A stretch of DNA of 64,000 nt from Clostridiaceae bacterium (GCA_029219285.1 JAQXTC010000131.1:9758-73757); one strand, 5' to 3'. Counted from the first letter of the stretch, positions 28,584 through 38,431 are shown. Notes: generated by a model from the sequence alone, not told the origin. Numbers and translations: made by a program.

Positions 28584-29681
28584 ATGAAATTAGGAATTGT
28601 TGGATTACCAAACGTAGGTAAGAGTACTTTATTTAATGCAATAACAAAGGCAGGGGCAGAATCTGCAAACTATCCATTCTGTACTATAGAGCCAAATGTT
28701 GGTGTTGTATCAGTGCCAGATAAAAGATTAGATGTTTTAGAAGAAATGTATGGAACAAAGAAAAAAGTGTATACAGCAATTGAATTCTATGATATAGCTG
28801 GTCTTGTAAAAGGAGCATCAAAAGGTGAAGGGCTTGGAAATAAGTTCTTAGCAAATATTAGAGAAGTAAATGCTATAGTTCACGTTGTTAGATGTTTTGA
28901 TGACCCAAATGTTGTTCACGTTGATGGTAGTGTTGATCCAATTAGAGATATAGAAACTATTAATCTTGAACTTATTTTCTCTGACTTAGAACTTCTTGAA
29001 AGAAGAATGGAAAAGACAGTTAAGCTTGCAAGATCTGGAGATAAAACTGCTAAGTTCGAATATGCAATTATGGAAAGAATTAAAGAACAACTTGAAAAGA
29101 ATTTACCAGCTAGAAGTATTGAATTTACAGAAGAAGAAGCTAAATTTGTTAAGAGTTTATTCTTAATAACTTCGAAGAAAGTTCTATATGCATGTAATGT
29201 ATCTGAAGATGATATAATGAGCGGAGATCCAAACAATGAATATGTAAATAGAGTTAAAGAATATGCATCAAAGGAAAATTCAGGAGTTATGGTTGTTTGT
29301 GCAAGACTTGAAGAAGAATTATCAGGCCTTGAAGATGAGGAAAAAGATGAAATGCTTAAAGAATATGGTTTGGAAGAATCAGGATTAGATTTACTTATCC
29401 AAGCATCATATAAGTTACTAGGTCTTATGAGTTTCTTAACAGCAGGTGTTCAAGAAGTAAGAGCTTGGACAATTAAAGAAGGCACTAAAGCTCCTCAAGC
29501 TGCTGGTAAGATACATTCAGATATAGAAAGAGGATTCATTAGAGCAGAAATAGTTAGTTATGATGATTTAGTTGAATGTGGTTCTGAAGCCAAGGCTAAG
29601 GAAAAAGGTCTATTTAGACTTGAAGGAAAAGATTATGTTATGAAAGATGGAGATGTAGTAAACTTCAGATTTAACGTATAA
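28584..29681 (+). CDS. ychF: redox-regulated ribosome-binding ATPase YchF
   Basis: 365 aa. G1 GIVGLPNVGKSTLFNA. C-terminal TGS-like VRAWTIKEGTKAPQAAGKIHSDIERGFIRAE. Confidence 0.95.
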   Translation: MKLGIVGLPNVGKSTLFNAITKAGAESANYPFCTIEPNVGVVSVPDKRLDVLEEMYGTKKKVYTAIEFYDIAGLVKGASKGEGLGNKFLANIREVNAIVHVVRCFDDPNVVHVDGSVDPIRDIETINLELIFSDLELLERRMEKTVKLARSGDKTAKFEYAIMERIKEQLEKNLPARSIEFTEEEAKFVKSLFLITSKKVLYACNVSEDDIMSGDPNNEYVNRVKEYASKENSGVMVVCARLEEELSGLEDEEKDEMLKEYGLEESGLDLLIQASYKLLGLMSFLTAGVQEVRAWTIKEGTKAPQAAGKIHSDIERGFIRAEIVSYDDLVECGSEAKAKEKGLFRLEGKDYVMKDGDVVNFRFNV

Positions 29682-29694
29682 ATATAATTAGAGA

Positions 29695-29725
29695 AGAGGT
29701 GCGCTTTAGTTGCATCTCTTTTTTG
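29695..29725 (+). terminator. intrinsic terminator after ychF
   Basis: Stem AGAGGTGC / GCATCTCT (one G-U) followed by T6. Confidence 0.65.
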
Positions 29726-29820
29726 TTAGAAAAATATAACAGGAGAATCAAGAAATTGACAAAAATATGGTTGTATTATTATAATAACTATATTAATTAA
29801 GAGAGAAAGAGAGAGTTACC

Positions 29821-31029
29821 ATGTTGAAAAAAATTTATAATACCTTAGGTGATAACTTTTATTTTTGTTTGTTTTATTTGATTACAAATTTAATTGTTGT
29901 TACTGTACTAAAAGATATTCCTTACATCAATATACTGTCAAAGATAGGATTAGTATGGGGGATTATAATAGTACTTATTAATACAATAAAAATTTATAAA
30001 AGAAAACCTACTTTGATTGAACTAACTATATTTGTTTTCTTGGCATTTACATTATGTTTAAATTTGATTGCATATAGAAATGGTGAAAACTTAAAAGTAT
30101 GGGCAGTTAATTCAGTTATATTGTTAGCTATATTTTGTATTAATACAAATAAAGATACAGGAAAACTTAAGAAGGAATTAAAAGTAATTTCAAATGCAAT
30201 GATTATCTTTACTTTTATTATGAGCTTAATTTCAACGATAATGTATTATGGAAATATAACTTTTACATTAAATGAAGTTATTTATGGTGACAATCAAGGA
30301 TTATATATATATAAAAATTCATTAGCTATTGCTTCATCAATTAGCATTCTTATATCAGTGTATTTAATAACAGAATACAAAAAGAGTAAGTATAAAATTT
30401 TTTATTTGTTAAATATTTTTCTTCAATTATTTCCGTTATTTTATTCAAATGGAAGAAGTGCAGTATATTTATATATAGCTGTACCATTTGTATTGATATT
30501 TATGAGATATAAAAATAAATACTTTAGAGGGGCTATGATAGTTATTCCAGCAATGTTAGGTATAGGTGGATTTGCAGTTTTTCACGAGAAATTATATACA
30601 GTCTTATCAGCTAGAAATGAACTTTGGTATTCAGCGTGGCTTTCTGTAAAGAATAATTTGTTCTCAGGAGTTGGAAATAGCGAATTAGTTGAAACCGTAT
30701 ATTCTATGAGACCTGGAGTGGTACTTCCGGGAATTGAAGATGGTGGACTGCATAATATTTATTTGCAAATAGTAACTGCTAATGGAATCATAGCGTTAAT
30801 TCTATTTTTGATAGTTTTATATGCTATATTCGTTTTTTTGGTAAAGTCTGTAGATAAATCTTATGGTAATAATAAAAAAGTTGGATTGGTATTATTATCA
30901 ATGTTGGTTGGAATTTTATTTGTTAATCTATTTGAAAGCAATTTAATTTATATTGTAAGTTTTATATCTATAATATTTTGGATATATACAGGATATTTCG
31001 TTTCCATTAAGTATAGTGAAAAAAGATAG
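29821..31029 (+). CDS. O-antigen ligase/polymerase-like (Wzy_C) integral membrane protein
   Basis: 402 aa with about 10-12 hydrophobic segments. Periplasmic-loop-type region SNGRSAVYLY...ARNELWYSAW...GVGNS...GLHNIYLQI is typical of the Wzy_C/O-antigen ligase family. Confidence 0.65.
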   Translation: MLKKIYNTLGDNFYFCLFYLITNLIVVTVLKDIPYINILSKIGLVWGIIIVLINTIKIYKRKPTLIELTIFVFLAFTLCLNLIAYRNGENLKVWAVNSVILLAIFCINTNKDTGKLKKELKVISNAMIIFTFIMSLISTIMYYGNITFTLNEVIYGDNQGLYIYKNSLAIASSISILISVYLITEYKKSKYKIFYLLNIFLQLFPLFYSNGRSAVYLYIAVPFVLIFMRYKNKYFRGAMIVIPAMLGIGGFAVFHEKLYTVLSARNELWYSAWLSVKNNLFSGVGNSELVETVYSMRPGVVLPGIEDGGLHNIYLQIVTANGIIALILFLIVLYAIFVFLVKSVDKSYGNNKKVGLVLLSMLVGILFVNLFESNLIYIVSFISIIFWIYTGYFVSIKYSEKR

Positions 31030-31041
31030 TGAAAATATTTT

Positions 31042-31080
31042 GGGATTAAAGTTTTTCGGGACTTTAGTCCCGTTTTTTTT
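31042..31080 (+). terminator. intrinsic terminator
   Basis: Stem GGGATTAAAGT (31042-31052) / ACTTTAGTCCC (31061-31071), one G-U, then G + T8. Confidence 0.8.
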
Positions 31081-31154
31081 ATCAATATATAAAATTACAA
31101 AAAAAAATATAAAAAAAGGAGGAATTTTATAATTTGTGGAGAATATAAAGCTAC

Positions 31155-31191
31155 ATAGTGGATTAAAGTGGTGGAAAGTGGTTGAAAGTAG
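31155..31191 (+). promoter_or_regulatory. MraZ operator: four direct heptamer boxes at 10-nt period
   Basis: ATAGTGG att AAAGTGG tgg AAAGTGG ttg AAAGTAG (box starts 31155, 31165, 31175, 31185), ending 39 nt upstream of the mraZ ATG. Confidence 0.7.
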
Positions 31192-31229
31192 AGCAAATTC
31201 GTTATAAAGTATATTGAGGAGTAAAGAAA

Positions 31230-31658
31230 ATGTTAATTGGAGAATATCAACATGCGATAGATACCAAAAACAGAATGATTGTTCCTGCCAAATTAAGGGA
31301 GGATCTTGGTAATAAGTTTGTTATTACTAAAGGATTAGATGGTTGTCTTTACGTATATCCTCTTAGTGAATGGGAAATTTTGCAAGAAAAACTTAAGAAA
31401 TTACCACTTACGAATAAAGATGCAAGAGCTTTTGTTAGGTTCTTTTTTTCTGGTGCCACAGAAATTGAAATGGATAAGCAAGGTAGAGGCTTGATTCCGC
31501 AAAATTTAAAAGAATATGCCGGTATAGAAAAGGAAATAGTAAGTATAGGTGTAATGACAAGAGTCGAAATTTGGAGTAAGGAAAAATGGCAAGAATATAA
31601 TGATTCAAGTGTGGATTATGAATCAATTGCTGAAAATTTTAGCGATTTAGGAATATAA
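31230..31658 (+). CDS. mraZ: transcriptional regulator MraZ
   Basis: 142 aa. Two SpoVT/AbrB-like repeats with DTKNRMIVP and DKQGRGLIP. Confidence 0.95.
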   Translation: MLIGEYQHAIDTKNRMIVPAKLREDLGNKFVITKGLDGCLYVYPLSEWEILQEKLKKLPLTNKDARAFVRFFFSGATEIEMDKQGRGLIPQNLKEYAGIEKEIVSIGVMTRVEIWSKEKWQEYNDSSVDYESIAENFSDLGI

Positions 31659-31669
31659 GGAGTAAAAAA

Positions 31670-32602
31670 ATGGAGTTTAAACATGTATCGGTTTTGTTAA
31701 ATGAATGTTTAGAGGGTCTAGATATAAAAGAAAACGGAACATATGTAGATTGTACTCTTGGAGGAGCAGGGCATTCGTGGCATATTTTACAAAAACTCTC
31801 TAGCGAGGGGACTTTAGTTGGTATTGACCAAGATAATGATGCTTTAAAAGCTGCAGGAATACGTTTGAAAGATTACAATAATGTTCAATATGTACATAAT
31901 AATTTTTATAATATAGACAGTATATTGGAAGAATTAAATATTCCCAAGGTTGATGGTATACTTATGGATTTAGGGGTGTCTTCTTACCAACTAGATGAAG
32001 GTGAAAGAGGATTTAGTTATATGAAAGATGCACCTCTTGATATGAGAATGAATAGAGATAATGATTTCTCAGCTTATGAAATAGTAAATAATTATTCAGA
32101 GGAAGATTTATATAGAATTATTAGAGATTACGGAGAAGAAAAGTTTGCTAAGCGAATTGCTAAATTTATAGTAGAGAGAAGAAGTCAGAAGAAAATTGAA
32201 ACTACTTTAGAACTAGTTGATATTATTAAAGCAGCAATTCCAGCTAAAGCAAGAAGAGAAGGACCACATCCTGCAAAGAGAACTTTTCAAGCAATAAGAA
32301 TTGAAGTTAATCATGAATTACAAATATTAAATAAAGCAATAGAAGATGGAGTTAATAGGTTAAATAAAGGTGGCAGAATGGCTATTATAACATTCCATTC
32401 TTTAGAAGATAGAATAGTTAAATTGAAATTTAGGGAGTTGGCAAATCCATGCACTTGCCCTAAAGAATTTCCTGTATGCGTTTGTGGTAAAAAGCCTTTA
32501 GTAAAATTAGTGAGTAGAAAAGCAATAGAACCAAGTAAAGAAGAAGTTGAAGAAAATCCAAGAAGTAGAAGTGCTAAATTAAGAGTTATTGAGAGAATAT
32601 AA
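31670..32602 (+). CDS. rsmH: 16S rRNA (cytosine1402-N4)-methyltransferase RsmH
   Basis: 310 aa. [32 protein letters not shown]. Confidence 0.95.
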   Translation: MEFKHVSVLLNECLEGLDIKENGTYVDCTLGGAGHSWHILQKLSSEGTLVGIDQDNDALKAAGIRLKDYNNVQYVHNNFYNIDSILEELNIPKVDGILMDLGVSSYQLDEGERGFSYMKDAPLDMRMNRDNDFSAYEIVNNYSEEDLYRIIRDYGEEKFAKRIAKFIVERRSQKKIETTLELVDIIKAAIPAKARREGPHPAKRTFQAIRIEVNHELQILNKAIEDGVNRLNKGGRMAIITFHSLEDRIVKLKFRELANPCTCPKEFPVCVCGKKPLVKLVSRKAIEPSKEEVEENPRSRSAKLRVIERI

Positions 32603-32639
32603 GCTATCGAGTTATAAAAGGACTGGGGTGTGAATAAAT

Positions 32640-33110
32640 ATGGTAGTAAAAGAATTTGAATATGTAAAGGGCAATGTTGTTACAAGTCCTAAACGTGATG
32701 AACAGCAAGAAAGAAAAAGACAAGAAGAACAAAAGCGAGCAAAGAGACAAAAAGAAAGAAAAAAATTTGAGGAAATTAGACAGACTAGAAAATCTGTTTT
32801 GCAAATTGCAACGTTAATTTTTGTGATCGGTTTAGTAATTATAACTAGGGATAGTAAAGTTTATAATATGCAAAAAGAAATTTCTAAAATTGATGATCAA
32901 ATTAGTGCAGTAAAAGATGAAAATGAAGCATTAAAAGTTGAATTATTAAAAGTCTCATCATTAAACACTATACAAGAGAATGCTGAAGCAAAATTAGGAA
33001 TGGAAATTGCAACTAAAGATAATACAATAAAAATTGAAATCCCAAAATCATATTATGATTATGTTGAAAAAGCAGATTTAAACAAAACACAAATGAAAAG
33101 TAAAAACTAA
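32640..33110 (+). CDS. ftsL: cell division protein FtsL (septum formation initiator family) with extended charged N-terminus
   Basis: 156 aa. Position after rsmH, a single TM segment (VLQIATLIFVIGLVIIT) followed by a coiled coil (ISKIDDQISAVKDENEALKVELLK). Confidence 0.75.
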   Translation: MVVKEFEYVKGNVVTSPKRDEQQERKRQEEQKRAKRQKERKKFEEIRQTRKSVLQIATLIFVIGLVIITRDSKVYNMQKEISKIDDQISAVKDENEALKVELLKVSSLNTIQENAEAKLGMEIATKDNTIKIEIPKSYYDYVEKADLNKTQMKSKN

Positions 33111-33196
33111 CCAAGGTAAGAGAATGATGGATGCGCAAAGGAGATTGGTGTGCATCCTAAATTTGTTTATCAAATAATACAGATGGGGGAGTTAAA

Positions 33197-35428
33197 GTGA
33201 GAAAAGAAAATTATAGAGATAAGGCAACTATGAAAAAAAGAATGAGTTATGCCTTAATAGCTATAATAGGATTATTATTTATTTTAACACTAAGGTTATC
33301 CTATATTATGATTGTGAAACAAAAAGAGTATTCTGCTATGGCAGAAGAACAGTGGACAAGTGAAGTTAAAATAGATGCCAAAAGAGGAAGAATATTAGAT
33401 ACTAATGGTGTAGAACTTGCAGTATCAGCTAATGTATATAGAATTGATTTTGATTTGAATTCAATTAGGAATTATTTAAAAGCAAATCAGGAAAAAGGAA
33501 AAGGTTATACTAGTATGGAACAACTAGCTCCAGTAATTGCAGAGGCTACTGGGTTAGAAGAGAAGACAGTGCTAGGAAAGCTTGAAACTAAATTACCAAG
33601 TGGAGCTGATGCAGGATCTGCTACATTAGTTAGAAGAATAGAAAAGAGTGAAGCAGATAAAGTTAATGAGTTAAATATTTCAGGTGTAATAGTATCACCA
33701 GATACTAAGAGGTACTATAAGAATAACAATTTCCTTTCTCATGTTCTTGGAACAACAAATATAGATGGAAAAGGCTTAGCTGGAGTTGAACTACAATATA
33801 ATGATGTATTATCAGGAACTCCAGGAGTTAAAATTGCAGAACTAGACAGACAAAATGAAGATTTACCTTATACAATTTCTCAATATACAGAACCTGTAGA
33901 TGGTAAAGATGTAACATTAACAATAGATGAGAGAATCCAATATTTTGCAGAAAAAATTACCAAGCAAGCATTATCTGATCAGAAAGCCAAGGCAGTTTCA
34001 GTTCTTGTTATGAATCCCAATACTGGAGAGATTTTAGCTATGGCTAATGCACCAGATTTTGATCCCAATAATCCCTATGATGGTGTAGATGGATTTGAAG
34101 GTGAAACTTATCAGGATAAATTACAAAAAATGTGGAGAAATAGACTGGTAAATGATACTTTTGAACCAGGATCAATTTTTAAAGTTATTACAGCAATAAC
34201 AGCTATGGAAAACAATGTTGTTTCTGATTCTGATACATTTGTATGTAATGGTAGTGATACAATCGGAAGTACTACAATACATTGTTGGAAAAGTGGAGGA
34301 CATGGTACTCAACCATTCCCAGATATAATTAAGAATTCATGTAACGTTGGTTTTATGAAGCTTGGAAGTATGATAGGTAAAGAAAAGCTATATGAATCCA
34401 TTAAAAATTATGGATTTGGTCAAACTTCAGGTATTGATTTACCAGGAGAGGCAAAAGGAATCGTAAAAACGCCAGAAAAAATGTCAGATATCGATTTAGC
34501 AACAGTTGCTTTTGGACAGACCAATACAGTTAATTCAGTTCAATATATGGCGGCATTTAATGCTGTGGCTAATGGAGGAACTTGGATTCAACCTCATGTT
34601 ATGAAGCAAATTACTCATAATGATAGTAATGGTACTACTGTAATTGACAAAACTAATGAACCTAATACAAGAACTGTAGCCTCAAAAGAAAAAACTGCAC
34701 TTCTTAGAACTTATCTAGAAAGAGTTGTAACTGAAGGTTCAGGGCAATCAGCTTTTATTGAAGGATATCATATTGCAGGTAAGACTGGTACAGCGCAAAA
34801 GGTTATAAATGGTAGATACGGAGAAGGAAAATATATTTCATCCTTCGTAGGTATGGCACCTGTTGACAATCCTCAAGTAACTGTTATGATAACAGTAGAT
34901 GAACCAAGTAATAATGGTGAATATTACGCTAGTCAGGTTAGTGCTCCATATGCACATACATTGTTTAGTGATATATTTAATTATATGGAAGGTAAATTCG
35001 CTCAAGATTCTGATGCCTCTATTACTAAGGAAGTTATTATTCCTGAAGTAAGAGGATTAAAAATAGAAGAAGCGAAAAAGAAATTAAAAGAATCAGGAAT
35101 TGAATGTGAAGTGAAAGGTAATGGCGATACGGTAAAAACTATAAAGCCATATCCAGGCTATACAATCAAGGAAGGATCAACAATAACTCTTTATACAAAT
35201 GATGATGGCGGTAGTATAACAAGCATTGTTATGCCAGACCTTAAGGGATATTCATTAGAGGATGCCCAGAAAGTATTAAATTCATTGGGATTGAAATGTA
35301 CTTCTACAGGGTCAGGATCAGTTGTATCCCAAAGCATACCGAAAGGTGAAGTAATAACTAAAACAACAGTGATAAAATTAGAATTGAATGCAGAATATGC
35401 TGATGATACTGATGCTCCAATTCGATAA
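33197..35428 (+). CDS. class B penicillin-binding protein (FtsI/PBP2B/SpoVD family) with two C-terminal PASTA domains
   Basis: 743 aa. SxxK = GSIFKV, SxN = KNSCNVG, KTG = AGKTGTAQ. Two PASTA-like repeats (IPEVRGLKIEEAKKKLKESGIECEV...; MPDLKGYSLEDAQKVLNSLGLKC...). GTG start after GGGGGAG. Confidence 0.9.
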   Translation: MRKENYRDKATMKKRMSYALIAIIGLLFILTLRLSYIMIVKQKEYSAMAEEQWTSEVKIDAKRGRILDTNGVELAVSANVYRIDFDLNSIRNYLKANQEKGKGYTSMEQLAPVIAEATGLEEKTVLGKLETKLPSGADAGSATLVRRIEKSEADKVNELNISGVIVSPDTKRYYKNNNFLSHVLGTTNIDGKGLAGVELQYNDVLSGTPGVKIAELDRQNEDLPYTISQYTEPVDGKDVTLTIDERIQYFAEKITKQALSDQKAKAVSVLVMNPNTGEILAMANAPDFDPNNPYDGVDGFEGETYQDKLQKMWRNRLVNDTFEPGSIFKVITAITAMENNVVSDSDTFVCNGSDTIGSTTIHCWKSGGHGTQPFPDIIKNSCNVGFMKLGSMIGKEKLYESIKNYGFGQTSGIDLPGEAKGIVKTPEKMSDIDLATVAFGQTNTVNSVQYMAAFNAVANGGTWIQPHVMKQITHNDSNGTTVIDKTNEPNTRTVASKEKTALLRTYLERVVTEGSGQSAFIEGYHIAGKTGTAQKVINGRYGEGKYISSFVGMAPVDNPQVTVMITVDEPSNNGEYYASQVSAPYAHTLFSDIFNYMEGKFAQDSDASITKEVIIPEVRGLKIEEAKKKLKESGIECEVKGNGDTVKTIKPYPGYTIKEGSTITLYTNDDGGSITSIVMPDLKGYSLEDAQKVLNSLGLKCTSTGSGSVVSQSIPKGEVITKTTVIKLELNAEYADDTDAPIR

Positions 35429-35458
35429 TATATAACAATTTTATTTAGAGGTGATAGT

Positions 35459-36919
35459 ATGATTCTAAAGGAATTACTACAAGGATTAAAATATAATACA
35501 CAGCAAGGAAATGACAGCATAGAAATTAAAGAAGTTCAATATGATAGTAGGAAAGTTCAAAAAGGTGACCTTTTTGTATGTATAAAAGGATTTCAAGCAG
35601 ATGGACATAAATATGCTAAAGCAGCTATAGAAAAAGGTGCTTTGGCAATTGTTTGTGAAGATCCAATTGAATGTGATGATGAAAGTGTAACAATTATCAA
35701 ACTAGAAGATAGTAGAAAAGCATTAGCAGTTATAGGAGCCAATTTTTATGGCAATCCTTCTAAGAAGATGAAAATCATTGGTGTTACAGGTACAAATGGT
35801 AAGACTACAACAACATTTATGTTAAAAGATATTTTAGAAAGAGAAGGGAAAAAGGTTGGATTAGTAGGTACTATAGCTAACTATATAGGCAAAGAAGCTT
35901 TAGATACAGAAAGAACAACTCCTGAATCATTTGAATTACAAAAACTATTTGCAGAGATGGTTGAAAAGGGATGCGAATACTGTGTAATGGAAGTTTCATC
36001 TCACTCATTAGCACTTGATAGAGTGTATGGAATTGAATTTGAAGCTGGTATTTTTACAAATATAACTAGAGATCATTTGGATTTTCACAAAACTTTCGAA
36101 AATTACTATGCAGCTAAATTTAAATTGTTCCAAAGAAGTAAATTAAGCGTTGTAAATATAGATGATAGCTATGGAAAAAATGTTGTTAAAGATTTAATAG
36201 CAGAAGGTAAAACCAATATAGTTACAACATCTATAAAAGGTGAAAGTGATTTTAAAGCCTATGATGAAGTTTGTGGAAGTAAGCATATAGGATTTAAGCT
36301 AAAAATGGATGATAAAGTTGAGGAATTTCTTGTTGGACTTCCAGGTGAATTTAATATCTATAATTCTTTAGGAGCTATTGCAGCACTATATAAATTAGGT
36401 ATTTCTAAGAAGTCAATTAAAGAAGGAATTGAAGAAGTAGTAGTTGCTGGTAGATGTGAAATGGTAGGTAAGAAATTTAATTTACCTTATACAATAATAG
36501 TTGATTATGCACACACACCAGATGGATTGGAAAATATTTTGAGTACTGCTAGAGGATTTACTAAAAATAGATTAATATCAGTATTTGGATGTGGTGGAGA
36601 CAGAGATAAAGTTAAGAGACCACAAATGGGTAAAATAGGTGTTGATTTATCTGACTTTGCTATTATTACTTCAGATAATCCAAGAACTGAAAATCCATCA
36701 GAAATAATTAAGGATATACTAAAAGGCATAGATAAAGATAATTATGTTGCAGTTGAAAATAGAAAAGATGCCATTAAAAAAGCAATAGATATGGCAGAAG
36801 ATGGAGATGTAATAGTAATAGCTGGTAAAGGTCATGAAACTTATCAAATATTAAATACAGGTAAGATTCACTTTGATGAAAGAGAAGTAGTAGATGAAAT
36901 ATTAACTGCTAAAAGATAA
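35459..36919 (+). CDS. murE: UDP-N-acetylmuramoyl-L-alanyl-D-glutamate--2,6-diaminopimelate ligase MurE
   Basis: 486 aa. GVTGTNGKTTT P-loop, and ITSDNPRTENP (DNPR motif associated with meso-DAP specificity). Confidence 0.93.
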   Translation: MILKELLQGLKYNTQQGNDSIEIKEVQYDSRKVQKGDLFVCIKGFQADGHKYAKAAIEKGALAIVCEDPIECDDESVTIIKLEDSRKALAVIGANFYGNPSKKMKIIGVTGTNGKTTTTFMLKDILEREGKKVGLVGTIANYIGKEALDTERTTPESFELQKLFAEMVEKGCEYCVMEVSSHSLALDRVYGIEFEAGIFTNITRDHLDFHKTFENYYAAKFKLFQRSKLSVVNIDDSYGKNVVKDLIAEGKTNIVTTSIKGESDFKAYDEVCGSKHIGFKLKMDDKVEEFLVGLPGEFNIYNSLGAIAALYKLGISKKSIKEGIEEVVVAGRCEMVGKKFNLPYTIIVDYAHTPDGLENILSTARGFTKNRLISVFGCGGDRDKVKRPQMGKIGVDLSDFAIITSDNPRTENPSEIIKDILKGIDKDNYVAVENRKDAIKKAIDMAEDGDVIVIAGKGHETYQILNTGKIHFDEREVVDEILTAKR

Positions 36920-36950
36920 AGAATAATTTTATGAATTTAATATTATAATT

Positions 36951-36990
36951 AATATGTGGAATATTGTACAGAAACAGTATTCCACATATT
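36951..36990 (+). other. strong stem-loop between murE and murF (no T-tract)
   Basis: 13-bp perfect arms AATATGTGGAATA (36951-36963) / TATTCCACATATT (36978-36990). It can extend inward by TGT/ACA plus one G-U to about 17 bp with a 6-nt loop. Followed by GAATTAATTT, not a U-tract. Confidence 0.75.
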
Positions 36991-37030
36991 ATTGAATTAA
37001 TTTAGCAAAGAAAGAGTGTGTGAAAGTAAC

Positions 37031-38380
37031 ATGGAATTAACATTTGATGAGCTTATTAAAGCAATAGATGGTAAGATAATTACAGAAGGAAAAGAAAAGA
37101 ATTTTAATAATTTATGCACAGATACTAGAAAAATTCAAAAAAATGATATATTTTTAGCATTAAAGGGAGAGAATTTTAATGGGAATAAATTTGTAGTGAA
37201 TGCATTAAATGCTGGTGCGTCCATTGCAATAGTAGATGAAGTATGTTTTGATAAAAATGATGTGTCTAAAATTGTAATAAAAGTTGAAAATACATATGAT
37301 GCACTTTTATCATTAGCTAAATTCTATCGAGAAAAATTAGGGGTAAAGGTTGTTGGAATTACAGGTTCTACAGGGAAGACTTCTACAAAAGATTTGGTTG
37401 CAGCCTTTTTAAGTGGCAAGTATAAAGTTTTTAAAACTAAAGGAAATTTTAATAACCATATAGGCTTACCGCTTATGATTTTAAGCCTTGATTCGAGTAT
37501 AGAAGTAGCGGTACTTGAACTTGGAATGAGTAATTTAGGTGAAATACATACTCTTGCTAATTGTGCAAGACCAGATGTAGCTTTAATTACTAATATAGGG
37601 TTATCTCATATAGAAAACCTAAAGACTCAAGAGAATATTTTAAAAGCAAAGATGGAGATAACTGATTACTTTGATAAAAATAATATCTTAATAGTAAATG
37701 GAGAAGACAATTTCTTAAATCAAATAAAAGAACGTAATTTCAAAGTAATTAAAACTGGATATAGTGAAAATCACGATTTAAGAGGATTTAATGTTACATT
37801 AAATGAAGAAAAGACATCTTTTTCAGTGTTAGATAATGGAAGAGAAGAAAGATTTGATTTGCCAATGGTTGGAGCACATAATGTATTGAATGCTTTACTT
37901 GCCATAGAAGCTTCAAAGGCATTAGGTGTATCTTATGAAGAAATGCATAAAGGGTTAAAAAATATAGAATCAACATCAATGAGACTCGAATTTATCAAGA
38001 AAAATGACATAACAGTAATTAATGATTGTTATAATGCAAGCCCAGATTCAATGAAGGCAGCTTTAGATGTATTAAAAAATCATACTGGTGGAAGAAAAAT
38101 TGCTATCCTAGGAACTATGAAAGAACTTGGAGATGAATCAAAAAGAGCTCATAGGGAAACTGGTGAATATGCGCAAAATAGAGCTGATATATTAATTACT
38201 ACAGGAATTTATAAAGATGATTATAAAGATGGATTTGGTAATAATAATATTATCATGTATAATTCAAAAGAAGAATTAATTGAAGATATAAAAAACATCA
38301 TTAACCCAGATGATGTTGTGTTAGTAAAAGCTTCACGTTCAATTAAATTTGAAGATATAGTAAAAGAATTAACAAAATAG
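37031..38380 (+). CDS. murF: UDP-N-acetylmuramoyl-tripeptide--D-alanyl-D-alanine ligase MurF
   Basis: GITGSTGKTSTKD P-loop, and DCYNASPDSM typical of MurF. Start ambiguous between GTG 37016 and ATG 37031. Confidence 0.92.
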   Translation: MELTFDELIKAIDGKIITEGKEKNFNNLCTDTRKIQKNDIFLALKGENFNGNKFVVNALNAGASIAIVDEVCFDKNDVSKIVIKVENTYDALLSLAKFYREKLGVKVVGITGSTGKTSTKDLVAAFLSGKYKVFKTKGNFNNHIGLPLMILSLDSSIEVAVLELGMSNLGEIHTLANCARPDVALITNIGLSHIENLKTQENILKAKMEITDYFDKNNILIVNGEDNFLNQIKERNFKVIKTGYSENHDLRGFNVTLNEEKTSFSVLDNGREERFDLPMVGAHNVLNALLAIEASKALGVSYEEMHKGLKNIESTSMRLEFIKKNDITVINDCYNASPDSMKAALDVLKNHTGGRKIAILGTMKELGDESKRAHRETGEYAQNRADILITTGIYKDDYKDGFGNNNIIMYNSKEELIEDIKNIINPDDVVLVKASRSIKFEDIVKELTK

Positions 38381-38431
38381 TAGAGACAATAGGAGGTGAA
38401 CTGTCAAATTTGGATTTGACAGAATAAAAGC

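Noticed and set aside
33129-33157. Hairpin GGATGCGCA...TGTGCATCC between ftsL and the PBP gene, as a terminator.
   Set aside because: It is a 9-bp stem with one G-U and an 11-nt loop, with no following T-tract. The loop contains AAGGAG-like sequence, and the hairpin sits inside an operon. The evidence is insufficient for a terminator or regulatory call.
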